Positions 13,462 to 25,891 of a stretch of DNA of 64,000 nt are shown in pieces (position 1 is the first letter of the stretch; every line of letters starts with the position of its first letter). The stretch spans positions 340,132,001-340,196,000 of the forward strand of contig OZ024743.1 of the NCBI GenBank assembly GCA_964016885.1, read 5' to 3'. The DNA comes from Eledone cirrhosa. Lineage: Eukaryota. The translations under genes were made by a program, and so were the position numbers. Under the pieces are notes generated by a model, which worked only from the letters and a program-made list of their open reading frames with translations, made no database searches and was not told where the DNA came from.

Positions 13462-14253
13462 ATTAGTTTACAGACAGAGGCTTGAATTTATGATCCGTAT
13501 CCTATAGCCTTAGGTCATCCAAGCCTTGTGATAAATTGGATCGATGTAAAATATGCAAAACTCTAACGATTAGGCTCTACCTATTCTTGGCTAAACACCA
13601 TCTCTGATCAATAGGTGTCTTTAATGATGTTCATTAGCTGCCAACATTCAGGCTAGATCTATGATCGGAGAATAACTTTCTGTGTTTCTCATACCAGTTT
13701 TGGATGCTCCGCAAGATAGAAACGCTACCTTAACTTATTTGTTTGTATTTTTCTTATTACATATGTACTTTTGTCACCACCAATATATTTACATTGATAC
13801 CAACATATTTACATTGATATGAAAGCTGCTTTATTTTTAACTTTGATTCAATTTACATTATTAATTTATTATATTCATGATAATGGACTGTTTAATAATA
13901 ACTATGACAGGTTTCATCTCGCTACCATAGAAATTGTAGACACAAATATACTGACATATTAAATTTCTTTTATTTTGAAAACTATAAAATTATTGGAAAA
14001 TTTTTATAGAGAATTGTAATTGTATTTTTTCTAGTGTTTGATTCTTGGTGTCAAGCTGGTTCACACGGATACTACAGAGAATGCAGTCTTACGAGAGAAC
14101 ATCTTTAGAAACTACATTCTTTGTTACACACTTGTTAACTCTTTTATAGTGAGAGAAGTTATCTATTATTTATATCTTTATGTAAAGAAGTAAACAATCT
14201 AAATTGTAGAACGAAATCGGACATATATTTTATCTGTAATATTACTGTTACGT

Positions 14254-14420
14254 GGATTGGCAATATCGGTAGAGAGTCGAACGCCATGCTTTGCAGCCCT
14301 TTACGTTCTGAGTTCAAATCCCGCCGAGGTTAACTTTGCTTTTCTTCCTTACGGGGCCGATAAAATAAAGTACCAACAATGCATTGTGGTAATTGCTGGC
14401 CTTGTGCCAAAAGTAGAAAC
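14254..14420 (+). mobile_element. SINE family 1
   Basis: Family consensus; TSD AATATTRCTGTTACGT at 14238-14253 and 14421-14436. Confidence 0.9.
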
Positions 14421-14866
14421 AATATTGCTGTTACGTACCTTTTAATACGGAGCACAACATTATTTTCATATAGGAGAAAATACTCAGTGAATGAAGAAGA
14501 ATAGCTTATTTATTGAGCTGTGGATCCCAACACAGCACACATACGCACGCACACACAAACACGAGTACGCACACGCGCACACACACATACACGCGCACAC
14601 ACACGTTTCGTATGTTCGATCAATTGGACTTTCAATTCATAAACTAACGTATAAGTGGTTGAGTATTTCACAGACACGTGTACCTTTAATGTAATTCCCA
14701 AGCCCAATCAGCGTGACACAGTATGTAACAAGGATTGACCTTCTAATTACAGGTAATGTCTATCTGATGAGCTTCCAAACAGTTTTCGTCTATCCAACTT
14801 CACTGACAAGGCGTGAGTCGAACCGGGGGCATGCTAAAGACACTTTCTGAAGATCACACGGGCTCT

Positions 14867-16275
14867 CATATTTTTTACTGTTCCATTAATAGATTGTACT
14901 TGTAATTTCCTAACTAGTTGTGGTTGTGTTCTTTCTGTTCATGTGAAGCCCAGCTTCTCAAGATTTGTACTGAGGCAGTTACTAACATATCCCAGTGCCC
15001 CAGTAATCACAGGCATAAATCTGAAGGTGTAATCAGGGTGGAGTATCTGCAGATTTCTCATTAGTTCTGCATAAATATTCTCCTTTTCGCTAATCTTTGA
15101 TATTATATTGGCTGGGCAGCTAACTTCCACTACTGTGGAAGTTAGCTGCCCAGCATTCTTTACTCTGTCCCATATCATAATATCTGGTCTGTTATGCTTG
15201 CATTTTATTGATTTGTTTTACTGTGTTAATTCTGCAGAGTCTGCACTTGTTGGGAGCCAATATAGCAGTTGTTGGTCCAAGTAGACTACTTTCTTTATCT
15301 ATATACTCTCACTCTGGAGCTTCATGGCACCATATCCATGCATGATTTTTTGCTGATAAGTATGCAGGTTTTCATCCATGGATTTACTGCGGTATTACTG
15401 AGCAGCTTCGCTGGGTGTGAGTTTTTGATTATCACACAGGGAATATCTTTCAAGGAGTTCCTTCCCAACTTTCATGATCTTATCTGTTTCATGCAGATAT
15501 ACTTGCTCGAGAGACGGGCTCCTACGCTTCGAGGTTCGTAGATGTTGTCGGAGGGATATGATGCGACATTCAAATGCTGTCTGGACTGATGTTAGGCCTC
15601 TGCCTCCCTACTTACGTTTCAAGTAAAGGCGATCTATGTCACTGTTGATGTGGAAGTTTCTGGTGTTGTATTTTAGTATTTTAGTATTTTTCGAGTCCCA
15701 ACATCAATTGCTCGGATTTCATCTATCGTCCAACTGAGTATTCAAAACGTTGGTGTTAGGACAGGCACAGCAAACACATTGTGAGCCACTGTTTTGTTGT
15801 GCGCAGAGAGTTCCGATGACTATATCTTTCTTAATCGGGTTTAGTATTCCCTGGTTACACGTTCCTTATTACAGATACCATTATAGGATATGTTCTCATC
15901 TATCTCCAGGTATCTGTAGCAGTCCTCATCAGATATCGGTGAAACAGTTAGGCCATTGATGACAATGTTGCTAGATTGGGTTGTTGTTTTTCCCCGCTTT
16001 ACAGTCATATATGAGCATTTATCTTGGCCAAACTCCATTCCTATATCCTTTGAGAATGTTGTAACCAGGTCAAGATTTTTCTTCATCCCATCTATGTTCT
16101 TGGCATAGAGTTTCAGATCATCCACAAAGAAATTATGGGTTAGGTTCGTATTTCTGTCCTCCCTCCTGTGAGCCAATGATGTATCCTTCACATTTTTGAG
16201 CAGAAAGGACAAGGGGTTTAATGACAGGATAAATAATATCACAGAGAGACTGTCTCCTTGAAATATACCCCTGTG

Positions 16276-16276
<1 letters not shown>
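14867..16276 (-). mobile_element. 5'-truncated R4/Dong-like non-LTR retrotransposon (RT + restriction-like endonuclease), decayed
   Basis: RGIFQGDSLS, FVDDLKLY (RT); RPDIMIWD...VEVSCP...PVITGALG (RLE); 5' end abuts (TATG)n. Confidence 0.8.
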
Positions 16277-16306
<30 letters not shown>

Positions 16307-16340
16307 TGTATGTATGTATGTATGTATGTATGTATGTATG
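16277..16340. repeat. (TATG)n microsatellite
   Basis: Direct reading. Confidence 0.95.
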
Positions 16341-16898
16341 TCCCATGGTCGGGTCGTTGGCGACTAAACTGGCAACCCCACCAAGATTTCTTGGTGAGGA
16401 GGCTGACTTTGGACATCCTGCAGGACTAAAAACAAAACCTGTCAAAGGGCAAAGGAGCTCTTAAGAGTCAATGGCCATCCAAAATCACCGGGAGAGATGA
16501 CCCCTTAGCCTTTGTCAAGGCAGAATTCTAGGAGAAGGAAAACTCTGATATAACACCTGCAACCCTGATGGTATCCAATGATGTTGACTTGTTCTTCTTT
16601 TTGGTAAATATCATCTTGGTTAAGAGAGTGGGACTGGCTTTGTGCAGTGCCTTTGCTCACTATAAAAGCTTCACGGCACAGGCATTGCTTTATATCTGGA
16701 GATCTCTCTGCACTTGTCGTCATATGGTACCAAGGGCCCAGCACTATGTGTCAATAATTGTCACAGGTGTAGTGTTTATACCAGAGTTTTTAAGTCGCTG
16801 GCTCGACTAAAAAGTCACACTCGTTCAGCGCATCGGTAGGGGTTCTCCTACATGGATATAAAGTAGTGGCCGTTCTCGAAAACGAGTTGGCAGCCACC

Positions 16899-16899
<1 letters not shown>

Positions 16900-16929
<30 letters not shown>

Positions 16930-17005
16930 TGTATGTATGTATGTATGTATGTATGTATGTATGTATGTATGTATGTATGTATGTATGTATGCATGTATGT
17001 ATGTA
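16900..17005. repeat. (TATG)n microsatellite
   Basis: Direct reading. Confidence 0.95.
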
Positions 17006-17408
17006 TTTTGTATATCTAGGAAGTACTGTGAATATAACCAATACTCTGGATGAAGAAATCTACCACCGAATCAAGAAGGCAAGTGATGCATTTGGGAAAC
17101 TGGATGGACATCTATGGTTTCAGCATGGCATTTCCACCATTGAGACAACGTTAAAAATGTATAATGTTTGTGTTTTGTCCTCTTTGTTGTATGCATCTGA
17201 GACTTGGGTCACTTACCGAAGGTATCTCAAAAGGTTGGAGCAATGTAACCAACAGTGTTTTCGGCGTACACAAGGCCTCCACTGGAAAATGTACGTGAGT
17301 GACACTGAAGTCCTCGAACGCAGTCTGTCTACCATATTTCAGCATCGATTAAGAAAGAGTGGTCATGTATTGAGAATGGATGATGATCGTATGCCTAGGC
17401 AGTTCTAG
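17006..17408 (+). pseudogene. RTE/BovB-like LINE fragment (RT thumb region)
   Basis: FVYLGS...EIYHRIKKASDAFGKL...LLYASETW...GHVLRMDDDRMPRQ. Confidence 0.8.
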
Positions 17409-18559
17409 CTGGTCGAAGATAAACAATGAAGCAAGACAATTTCAGACTAGGGAGGAACAAGAAATTGTAACTCAAGTAATAAGATCAAGTTATGCTGAAC
17501 TACATAATTCTGTTAAATCATTTACAGATGCAGCATTTGAATACGATCCAAGCAAAAATTATGATGATCTATCAAATTTAGGAACAAAGTCAGTAGTTTG
17601 TAAGCATTGTTGTGGAAAAATATTTAAAGATGAACCCAAGGAATTATGTTGTTCAAATGGTAAAGTTAAATTGAATTTAATTGAAAGACCACCTGAACCT
17701 TTAAATACACTAATGCTGGGGGAAACACAGGATTCCCAAAACTTCTTAAAGAATATGAAAAAATATATAACGAATTGTTTTCAATGACATCCTTTGGAGC
17801 CAGTGAATCAATATCTCTACCGGGATTCATGTCAGTTTTTAAAATACAAGGTCAAATTTATTACAGAATAAGTTCATTGTATAATATGGTTGATAATATT
17901 CCTAAATATGCTGAAGTTTATTTTATTGATGATTTAAATGAACAAATTAATATTAGAAATAGTAGGTTTTCTGAAACACACTTACACACTATAAGACACA
18001 TCCAAGAGATGCTTTTGGAAAATAGTGAGCTTATCAGACAAATTAAAACTATGGTATATTTTGTTAACAGTCCAAATCTTCAATTGTCAATATGTGCAGA
18101 TAGAGTACCAGCTGGTGAGCATGCACGAAGATAAAATGATCGAGTATCTAACGACGTGGGATTAGTAATGGTTGGAACTGAATTTCCACGAAGAAACATC
18201 ATTTTTACTTATAAAGATAACACTGTAAAGAAAATCAATGAATTACATAGATCCTATGATTCATTATAATATGCTTCATTGGCGACGAAATGATGGCTAT
18301 TCGTTGGATTTACCTTTATACAACCCAAATACAAATCAAACAGTCCCAAATAAGAACGTTACATGCAGGCAATATTGTACATATAATTTACAACTAAGAA
18401 ATACTTGGAATAAAATTGAAAGATGTAAACGATTGTTCAAAATGTATTTAGTTGATATGTATGCCAAAATTGAGTTTGAAAGTTTATTGTACATTAAACA
18501 TCAACAAACCAAGCTAAGGGTCAACGTCTATTCGCTTTTATAAGATTCTCTAAATAATG

Positions 18560-18728
18560 AAGGGTTCCCTATATATTGTTTCTACTTTTGTCACAAGGCC
18601 AGCAATTATCCCAGTGGTACTTTATTTTATCGACCTCGTAAGGATGAAAGGCAAAGTTAACCTCGGCGGCATTTGAACTCAGACCATAAAGGGCCGTAAC
18701 TCTTTGATGCAAAGCATGGCGTCCGACC
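18560..18728 (-). mobile_element. SINE family 1 inserted in the Helitron
   Basis: Reverse complement of the consensus; TSD CTCTAAATAATG at 18548-18559 and 18729-18740. Confidence 0.88.
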
Positions 18729-21013
18729 CTCTAAATAATGCACAAGAATTAGGTAGGGCTGTAATTTTACCTTCTACTTTGTTGGAAGTCCAAGATATTG
18801 GAAGCAAAGAACTCAAGATGCAATGTGTTATGTGAGAGAATACGGTAGGCCTGATTCATTTATAACATTCACTTGCAATCCTAAATGGAATGAGATCATG
18901 GAGAACCTATACAAAGGTCAAAAGTCCGAAGATAGGCACAACTTAATTGCAAGAGTTTTCAAACAAAAGTTGAACAAAATGATGAAAATATTGGTTAAGG
19001 GAGGTGGAATATTTGGCAAAACAAAGGCTTACATATATACAGTAGAATGGCAGAAAAGAGGCTTACCACATGCTCATATCTTTCTTTGGTTAGAGCAAAC
19101 AATTTATCCAAATCAATTAGATCCAGTAATCTCTGCAGAAATTCCCAATCTAATTAATGATCCTAATCTTTATGATATTGTCACTACACAAATGGTCCAT
19201 GGTCCATTTGGTTTATGCAAAATGTGGGAAAAATTACCCAAAATATTTAATTAATGAAACAAGGACAAATGACACAGGATATCCTTTATATAGACGGAGA
19301 AAAACAGAAGATAAAGGAAGAACAAGAAACTCAAAAACACATACAATAGGTGGATTGTACCTTACAATCTATTACTTTTGAAAGTATTAAAAGGCCACAT
19401 CAATGTAGAAATTTGTTCCTCTGTTAGAGCTATAATTAAGTACTTTAATAAAGGTAGTGATGCTGCTGTTCTAAGAATACGGAATAATGACCAATATAAT
19501 GAAGTCAGTAAGTTTGTAACAGGACGTTATCTCAATAGTAATGAGGCTGCATGGAAAATCCTTCAATTTAATATTCACAGCTGTTCAACAATTGGATATA
19601 CATTTAGAAAATGGCCAAAGAGTGTACTTCACCAGCAATAATGTTGAAAATAGAATTAGAAATACCCAAAATACAACTTTAATTTCGTTCTTCAAATTGA
19701 ACGAAACTAAGGAACATGCAAGAAGTTTCTTATATAAGGAAATTACATCTCATTATACCCTTACTTCCAATAAAACATGGAAAAAAGATTGGATGGTAGA
19801 TTTGTGCAAATATGTTCTAGGATTTACATTGTACCACCTAATCAAACAGAATGCTATTGTTTCAGATTATCTCTGAACGTAGTTAGAGGTCCACAATCTT
19901 TCAGAAACGTAAAAACACGAGGGCATTGTCTATAATACATTTAGAGAATCATTTTTGGCAAGGGGATTGTTAGAAGATGAAATCATCTAAAACTAGCTCT
20001 TAGAGAAACTGCTTCTACCAAACTACCATATCAGGTGAGATACTTATTTGCAATAATTCTAATTCATTGCAATGATTCTGATCCTGTAGTATTATATGAA
20101 GAATTTAAACAACCAATGTCAGTTGATATTCTAAATCGATTGACAAACAATCAACAATAAAAAATAAATGATGAAGAAATATTATACAGTGAACTCTTAC
20201 AGAAGTTTAAAGCTCTTTTATATGAAATAGGACAAAAGGGTTTGATTGAAATAGGACAACCTGAACTAATTTATCAAGCACTAGAAGTAAACAATATTGA
20301 AACAGTAAATGAACACTTAGAAATAAAAACACTTTGTAGATGTGAATGAACCATTGACTTATTGATGAAGAACAAAGACTTATTTACACTACAATCAATG
20401 ATTCAATAACCAATAGAAATGAACAAACATTATACTTTTTAGATGCTCCAGGTGGAACTGGAAATACATTTTTGATCAATCTTTTACTAGCAAAAAAAAT
20501 GAATGGTTATATTAGTATAGCCGTTGCTTCTTCAGGAATATCAGCAACTTTAATAGATAATGGAAAAACAGTACATTCAATTTTAAATTACCATTTTCAT
20601 CATCAATACTTGATGAATTCACATCAATTAGAAAAAATAGTCGAATTTGGATAACCTTACAAAATTGTAATTTATTAGTATTGGATGAAGTTACAATGTC
20701 ACACAAAAAGATTGTAGATGCTGTCGACAAACATTGAAAGAGATTAACATGAATAATTTACCTTTTGGTGATATTACTGTTTTACTAGCTGGTGAATTTA
20801 GACTAATACTCCCAGTCGTACCAAGAGGTACAAAAGCTGATGAAATAGATGCCTCTATCAACGCATCTCATTTATGGTCATTGTTCCACAAATTGTCATT
20901 AAGAATTAATATGAGAGTGTATATCCTAAAAAATAATGACTTACAGGACTTTGCAAGTAATCTATTAGAAATAGGAGAAAAAAGGATCCCAAGGGATGAC
21001 AATCCAGTGGGAA

Positions 21014-21198
21014 TTGGCAGTATCGATAGAGGGTCAGACACCATGCCTTGCAACATAGAGTTACGGCCCTTTATGGTCTGAGTTCAAATCCCGCCGAGGT
21101 TAACTTTGCCTTTCATCCTTACGGGGTCGATAAAATAAAGTACCAGTAATACACTGGGATAATTGCTGGCCTTGTGCCAAAAGTAGAAACAATTATTA
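21014..21198 (+). mobile_element. SINE family 1 inserted in the Helitron helicase
   Basis: Near-consensus copy; TSD CCAGTGGGAA at 21004-21013 and 21199-21208. Confidence 0.92.
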
Positions 21199-21833
21199 CC
21201 AGTGGGAAATAGAGTTGAGAATGAAATTGATTTAGAAACATTTATTTTTGAGGAGATTACAATTAATTACAGTAATACAGAATGGATGTCAGGCAGAATA
21301 ATTTTAGCTGCTAAAAAAGGATCATGTTGATGCTATCAATATTCGAGTACTTAACAAAGTAGATGAACATAGATTAAGAACCTACAATTCTATAGATCAA
21401 ATAGTGGATATAAATGAAGCAGTAGATTTTCCGGTTGAGTTCTTTAAATTCATTAAAATTATCAGGATTTCCAGCACATGAATTGAATTTGAAGAAAGGA
21501 GCTCCAATTATTCTTTTGAGAAATTTAAAAACTCCAAAGCTATGCAACGGAACGAGGTTAATAGTGGAATCCCTTACAAATAATTCAATTGAAGCAAAAA
21601 TACTAATGGAAAGTACAAAAATAAATTAGTGTTATTACCAAGAATTAGTATTATTACCAAGAATTAAATTACTTGCAGAGGAGCCATTGAGGTTTACAAG
21701 ATTACAATTTCCAGTTAAACTATCTTTTGCAATAAATAAATCACAAGATCAAACATTTAAAAAAGGTGGTATCAATTTTAAAAATGAAGTATCTTTTCAT
21801 AGAAAATACTTCAAGATTGGGAGATCCTAATAA

Positions 21834-24032
21834 CACTGGTCAATAAAAAAAAATTCATTTCATGGTTCTGGTATAATTTAGTATGATTCTAGGGTAATCA
21901 AGTGTGCAGAATCTGAATATGATGCCGGTTAAGCTGTATCGGGTCTAGTGTTTGAGAACCAGCATATCCATGTTTATGACCCATAGCTATGTGGCTCATA
22001 TTACTTCATCCAATTGTATCCACTATATTTAGTTAACTAATTTATACTTACTGCTTTTGTTTCAGATCACAGAATTGTAACTATCCTCAGCTATTCTTGG
22101 ATAATTCACAACAACTTTGACTAGTGGGAGAGAACGCCGGAAATGTGTAAATGACCCGGACCGATTTTGCTATATTTGTGGACTCTTTACCCCAGAAAGC
22201 ATAAAGTAGCAATCACAAAAGCAGTTCGAGTAAACTACAAATGCTACTTCAAATGCCCATTAGGAAACCAGGACAAGAAATGGGCGCCTCATATAGCATG
22301 TAGGTCATGTGTTAATCACTTAAGTGAATGGAAGAATGGGAAACGAAGCTCTGGTTTGCCATTTGCCGTACCAATGGTGTGGCGAGAACCAAAAGACCAC
22401 AATAACGATTGCTACTTCTGCCATATAAACATCCAAGGAATAACTGTGAAGACACGAACTACACTTCAATACCCCGATATCTCGTCAGCAATCCGACCAG
22501 TACCTCACAGTGACGAATTACAGTAGCACCCCTATTGATGATGACTATCAAGACGAACATGAGACAAGTGAACCCATACCATTTAACCAGGAAGCTCTTC
22601 ACGATCTTATTAGAGACCTACATTTGTCTAAAGAAAAGGCAGAGCTCCTGGGATCAAGACTGAAGCAACGAAACCTGCTGGAACCTGGCGTCCGCATTAC
22701 AACCGCTCATTATCGTGATAAACAACTTTCAGCATTTTTCAAAATGGAAAATAACCTTTGCTATTGTCATGATACAGATTCTCTCATGCAACAATTTTGT
22801 AAATCTGATTCATACAAACAAGATGATTGGAGGTTGTTCATTGATTCAGGAAAAAATACTCTAAAAGCAGTCCTTCTCCACAATGGAAATCGGTTTCCCC
22901 CCGTACCAATTGCACACGCAACAAATATGACTGAGAATTATGAAACTATGAACATTTTGCTTTCCTCAGTTCAGTACCAGAAGCACCAGTGGAAAATTTG
23001 TGGAGATCTCAAAGTAATTAGTCTACTTCTAGGTCTTCAGACTGGTTACACAAAGCATATGTGTTTTCTATGTTTGTAGAATAGTAAAGCAGATGTGGAG
23101 CACTACATGAAGAAGGATTGGCCAACAAGACCAAAGGATGCACCCGGTAGATTCAACTGTCTGTACAAACTTCTCGTGGATCCATAAAAAGTATTCCTCC
23201 TTCCATTACATCTCAAATTAGGCTTGGCCAAAAACTTTATTAAAAGCATGGATCATACAGGTAATGGGTTTCAGTACTTGTGTAAGAAATTGGGTAGAGT
23301 GGTATCTGAAGCAAAGTTAAAAGCAGGGGTTTTGAATGGTATGCTGGTTAATGATAGTGAGTTTATGAAAACACTAAACCCTTTGGAGACTAATGCATGG
23401 AAATCATTTGTAGATGTGACACAGAACTTTCTTGGAAACCACCGTGCACACAACTATAAAGAAATTGTTGAAACCATGATACAAAATTATCGCGCTCTGG
23501 GTTCACGAATGACGTTGAAGCTTCATTTCTTCCATTCTCATCTGGATTTCTTCCCAAGTAATCTAGGAGACATCAGTGATGAACATGGCGAGAGGTTTCA
23601 CCAGGACATTGCTATAATGAAGAGTAGGTATCAGGGTCGGTTCAATCCCAACATGATGAGCGACTACTGCTGGACACTGCAACGTGAGGAGAGCCAGCAA
23701 AACAAGCGTAAAAGCAAAATCCAGAAATTTTTTTAGAAATGTTTTGAAATATTTTATTATGTTCAGAAATGTTTTGTTAATATACTAAGTGTTAAAAAAA
23801 TAAATAAAAATATGTTTATTTATTTTTATTAATAAGTTAATATGTTTATATTTAAGTCATCATATGTTACACAATGTAAAAATAATGCAATACGAGGAAC
23901 ATATTTTCGATCTCATATGAAGGCATTCTGGTCCGATAGCAAAAAATGAATATCAAAACTGAATTTAGTGCTATGAAATTAGTAAGATTTCACATATTCA
24001 CATGTAAGAACCATTTTGGCTGTTGATCAGTG
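21834..24032 (+). mobile_element. Chapaev3 (CMC superfamily) DNA transposon
   Basis: Termini CACTGGTCAA...TTGATCAGTG with a 3-bp TAA TSD; removing it restores the Helitron frame DPNNLYYY. Confidence 0.85.
22130..23736 (+). pseudogene. Chapaev3 transposase, disrupted
   Basis: CVNDPDRFCYICG, WAPHIAC, WREPKDHNNDCYFC, WRLFIDS, CGDLKV, SDEHGERFHQDI; a few stops and frameshifts. Confidence 0.85.
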
Positions 24033-24298
24033 TAATCTTTATTATTACACAAAAGAGGAAAAAGTTAAAAACATTGTTTATGATGAAGTTCTTTAGATAA
24101 AAAAAATATTAAACCAAAAGTAAAACCAAAACTGAAAAAAAACAAAACAATAATTAACTGGACAATTTAACATAAAACATTATACTCGCTACTGATTAAA
24201 TTTTATCAATATTATGTGTTGTTGAATATAATATTCTGAAGCGAGGCTATTGTTAAATTAATTTAATATGTATATATATTTTTTTCATTTAAATTGTT

Positions 24299-24716
24299 AT
24301 ATACATTAGTATATGTATAGTATATTTGTCAATATACTGTATGCTTAATTAAAAACATTTTGAAGACCTTGCGCTATTATTTTAAAGTAGTGACTATGTC
24401 ATTTACTTCTTTCTTCAACAAACGAAGGGAGATAAGCTGACAGATCCGTTTCACACTGTTGTGATCAACAGAGCTTAGTTAGCACTCACCGACCTTTGTT
24501 GAAAATTATAGAGGCTGGATTCTTATAGAATTCCAGTAATAATCAGGAACTGATTATACAGAGCGATTGCCGGTCCAGCAAAAATTGCTTCGTTTGTTGA
24601 AGAAAGAAGTAAGTGACATAGTCACTACTTTAAAATAATAGCGCAAGGTCTTTAAAGTGTTTTTAATTAAGCATACAGTATTTTGCCAAATATACTATAC
24701 ATATACTAATGTATAC
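24299..24716. repeat. Inverted repeat, ~128-bp arms with a ~160-bp spacer
   Basis: 24299-24427 is the reverse complement of 24588-24716 with few mismatches. Confidence 0.85.
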
Positions 24717-24955
24717 ATCGCACGAATCTTAATTTTGTTATATACATTATTTATATTTGAACAACAATAAATTTTATTTTAACTATAATTCATTTGATAA
24801 TTTCACCATTGAGTTTTATTTTTTTCAAATCGTTTTTCATTTTTCCAGCAACCACAATAATCGAGTTCAACTTCTTGAATTCTTTTCCATATTCTGAACA
24901 GTAAGTATTTTCCAAAGGAGATCAACTGTATTTGTCTATTAATGTAATAAATAAT

Positions 24956-25141
24956 TGTTTCTACTTTTGGCACAAGGCCAGCAATTACCCAATGCATTAC
25001 TGGTACTTTATTTTACCGACCCCGTAAGAATGAAAGGCAAAGTTAACCTCGGCGGGATTTGAACTCAGAATGGCAAGGGCCGTAACTCTATGTGTCAAAG
25101 CATGGCGCCCGACCCTCTACCGATACTGCCAATCCACCGCC
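24956..25141 (-). mobile_element. SINE family 1
   Basis: Reverse complement of the consensus; 20-bp TSD CTATTAATGTAATAAATAAT at 24936-24955 and 25142-25161. Confidence 0.9.
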
Positions 25142-25160
25142 CTATTAATGTAATAAATAA

Positions 25161-25323
<163 letters not shown>

Positions 25324-25803
25324 CATACATTGAGCTATTTCTCTTACTGGTAATAAGGTAATTAAGAAATTACTGACGTTCCTGTTTATAGTTGTTTATA
25401 CTATATACATAACTATAAATAGTATTATTATATATATACATACATGTGTATTTATTTATTTATATACACATGTATACACACACACACATATATATAAAGA
25501 GAGAGAGAGAGAGAGAGAGAGAGGGGTTATAATATATATAGAGGGAGCGATGACGTGGTAATGTAGCAAACAAACCCAACAAAAGAGAGAACTATAACGT
25601 CGCAGTCATTATACCATGTGTGTGTGTAAATCTGTTAGAGTGACTGCAGTTGGCCCTTTATCTATTTGTCTGCGTGCCTGTCTGTCGTACACCCAATGAC
25701 CATGTTGTGGTAACCTGTCTTGCTAGATATGACAGAAAAATAAACCTTAGCTTTTACAACACTCACACATACATTGATTTGTACTTCTATGAATAACTCT
25801 TTC

Positions 25804-25890
<87 letters not shown>
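25804..25890. repeat. (ATCT)n tract 1 of the Tx1 array
   Basis: Direct reading. Confidence 0.97.

Positions 25891-25891
<1 letters not shown>

Larger units (their letters stand above)
17410..24096 (+). pseudogene. Helitron Rep/Helicase, many stops and frameshifts
   Basis: CCSNGKV; GRPDSFITFTCNPKW; VEWQKRGLPHAH (HUH); KYFNKG; DAPGGTG; LDEVTM; LCNGTRL; QFPVKLSFA; ends NIVYDEVL* at 24096. Confidence 0.9.
17410..24939 (+). mobile_element. Decayed autonomous-type Helitron (5' end not identified) with nested insertions
   Basis: Rep/Helicase remnants. Candidate 3' end TCCAAAGGAGATCAACTGTATTTGTCTAT matches the CTAG-terminated copy at 43264-43292. Confidence 0.8.

Noticed and set aside
14764-14800. 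CTGATGA as a hammerhead or C/D box
   Set aside because: No stem II-GAAA-UH follows; it lies in a SINE-associated repeat also present near 46975.
21014-21095. tRNA genes at SINE heads (also 48901, 59716)
   Set aside because: They have A/B boxes but continue into SINE bodies; no proper cloverleaf or terminator.
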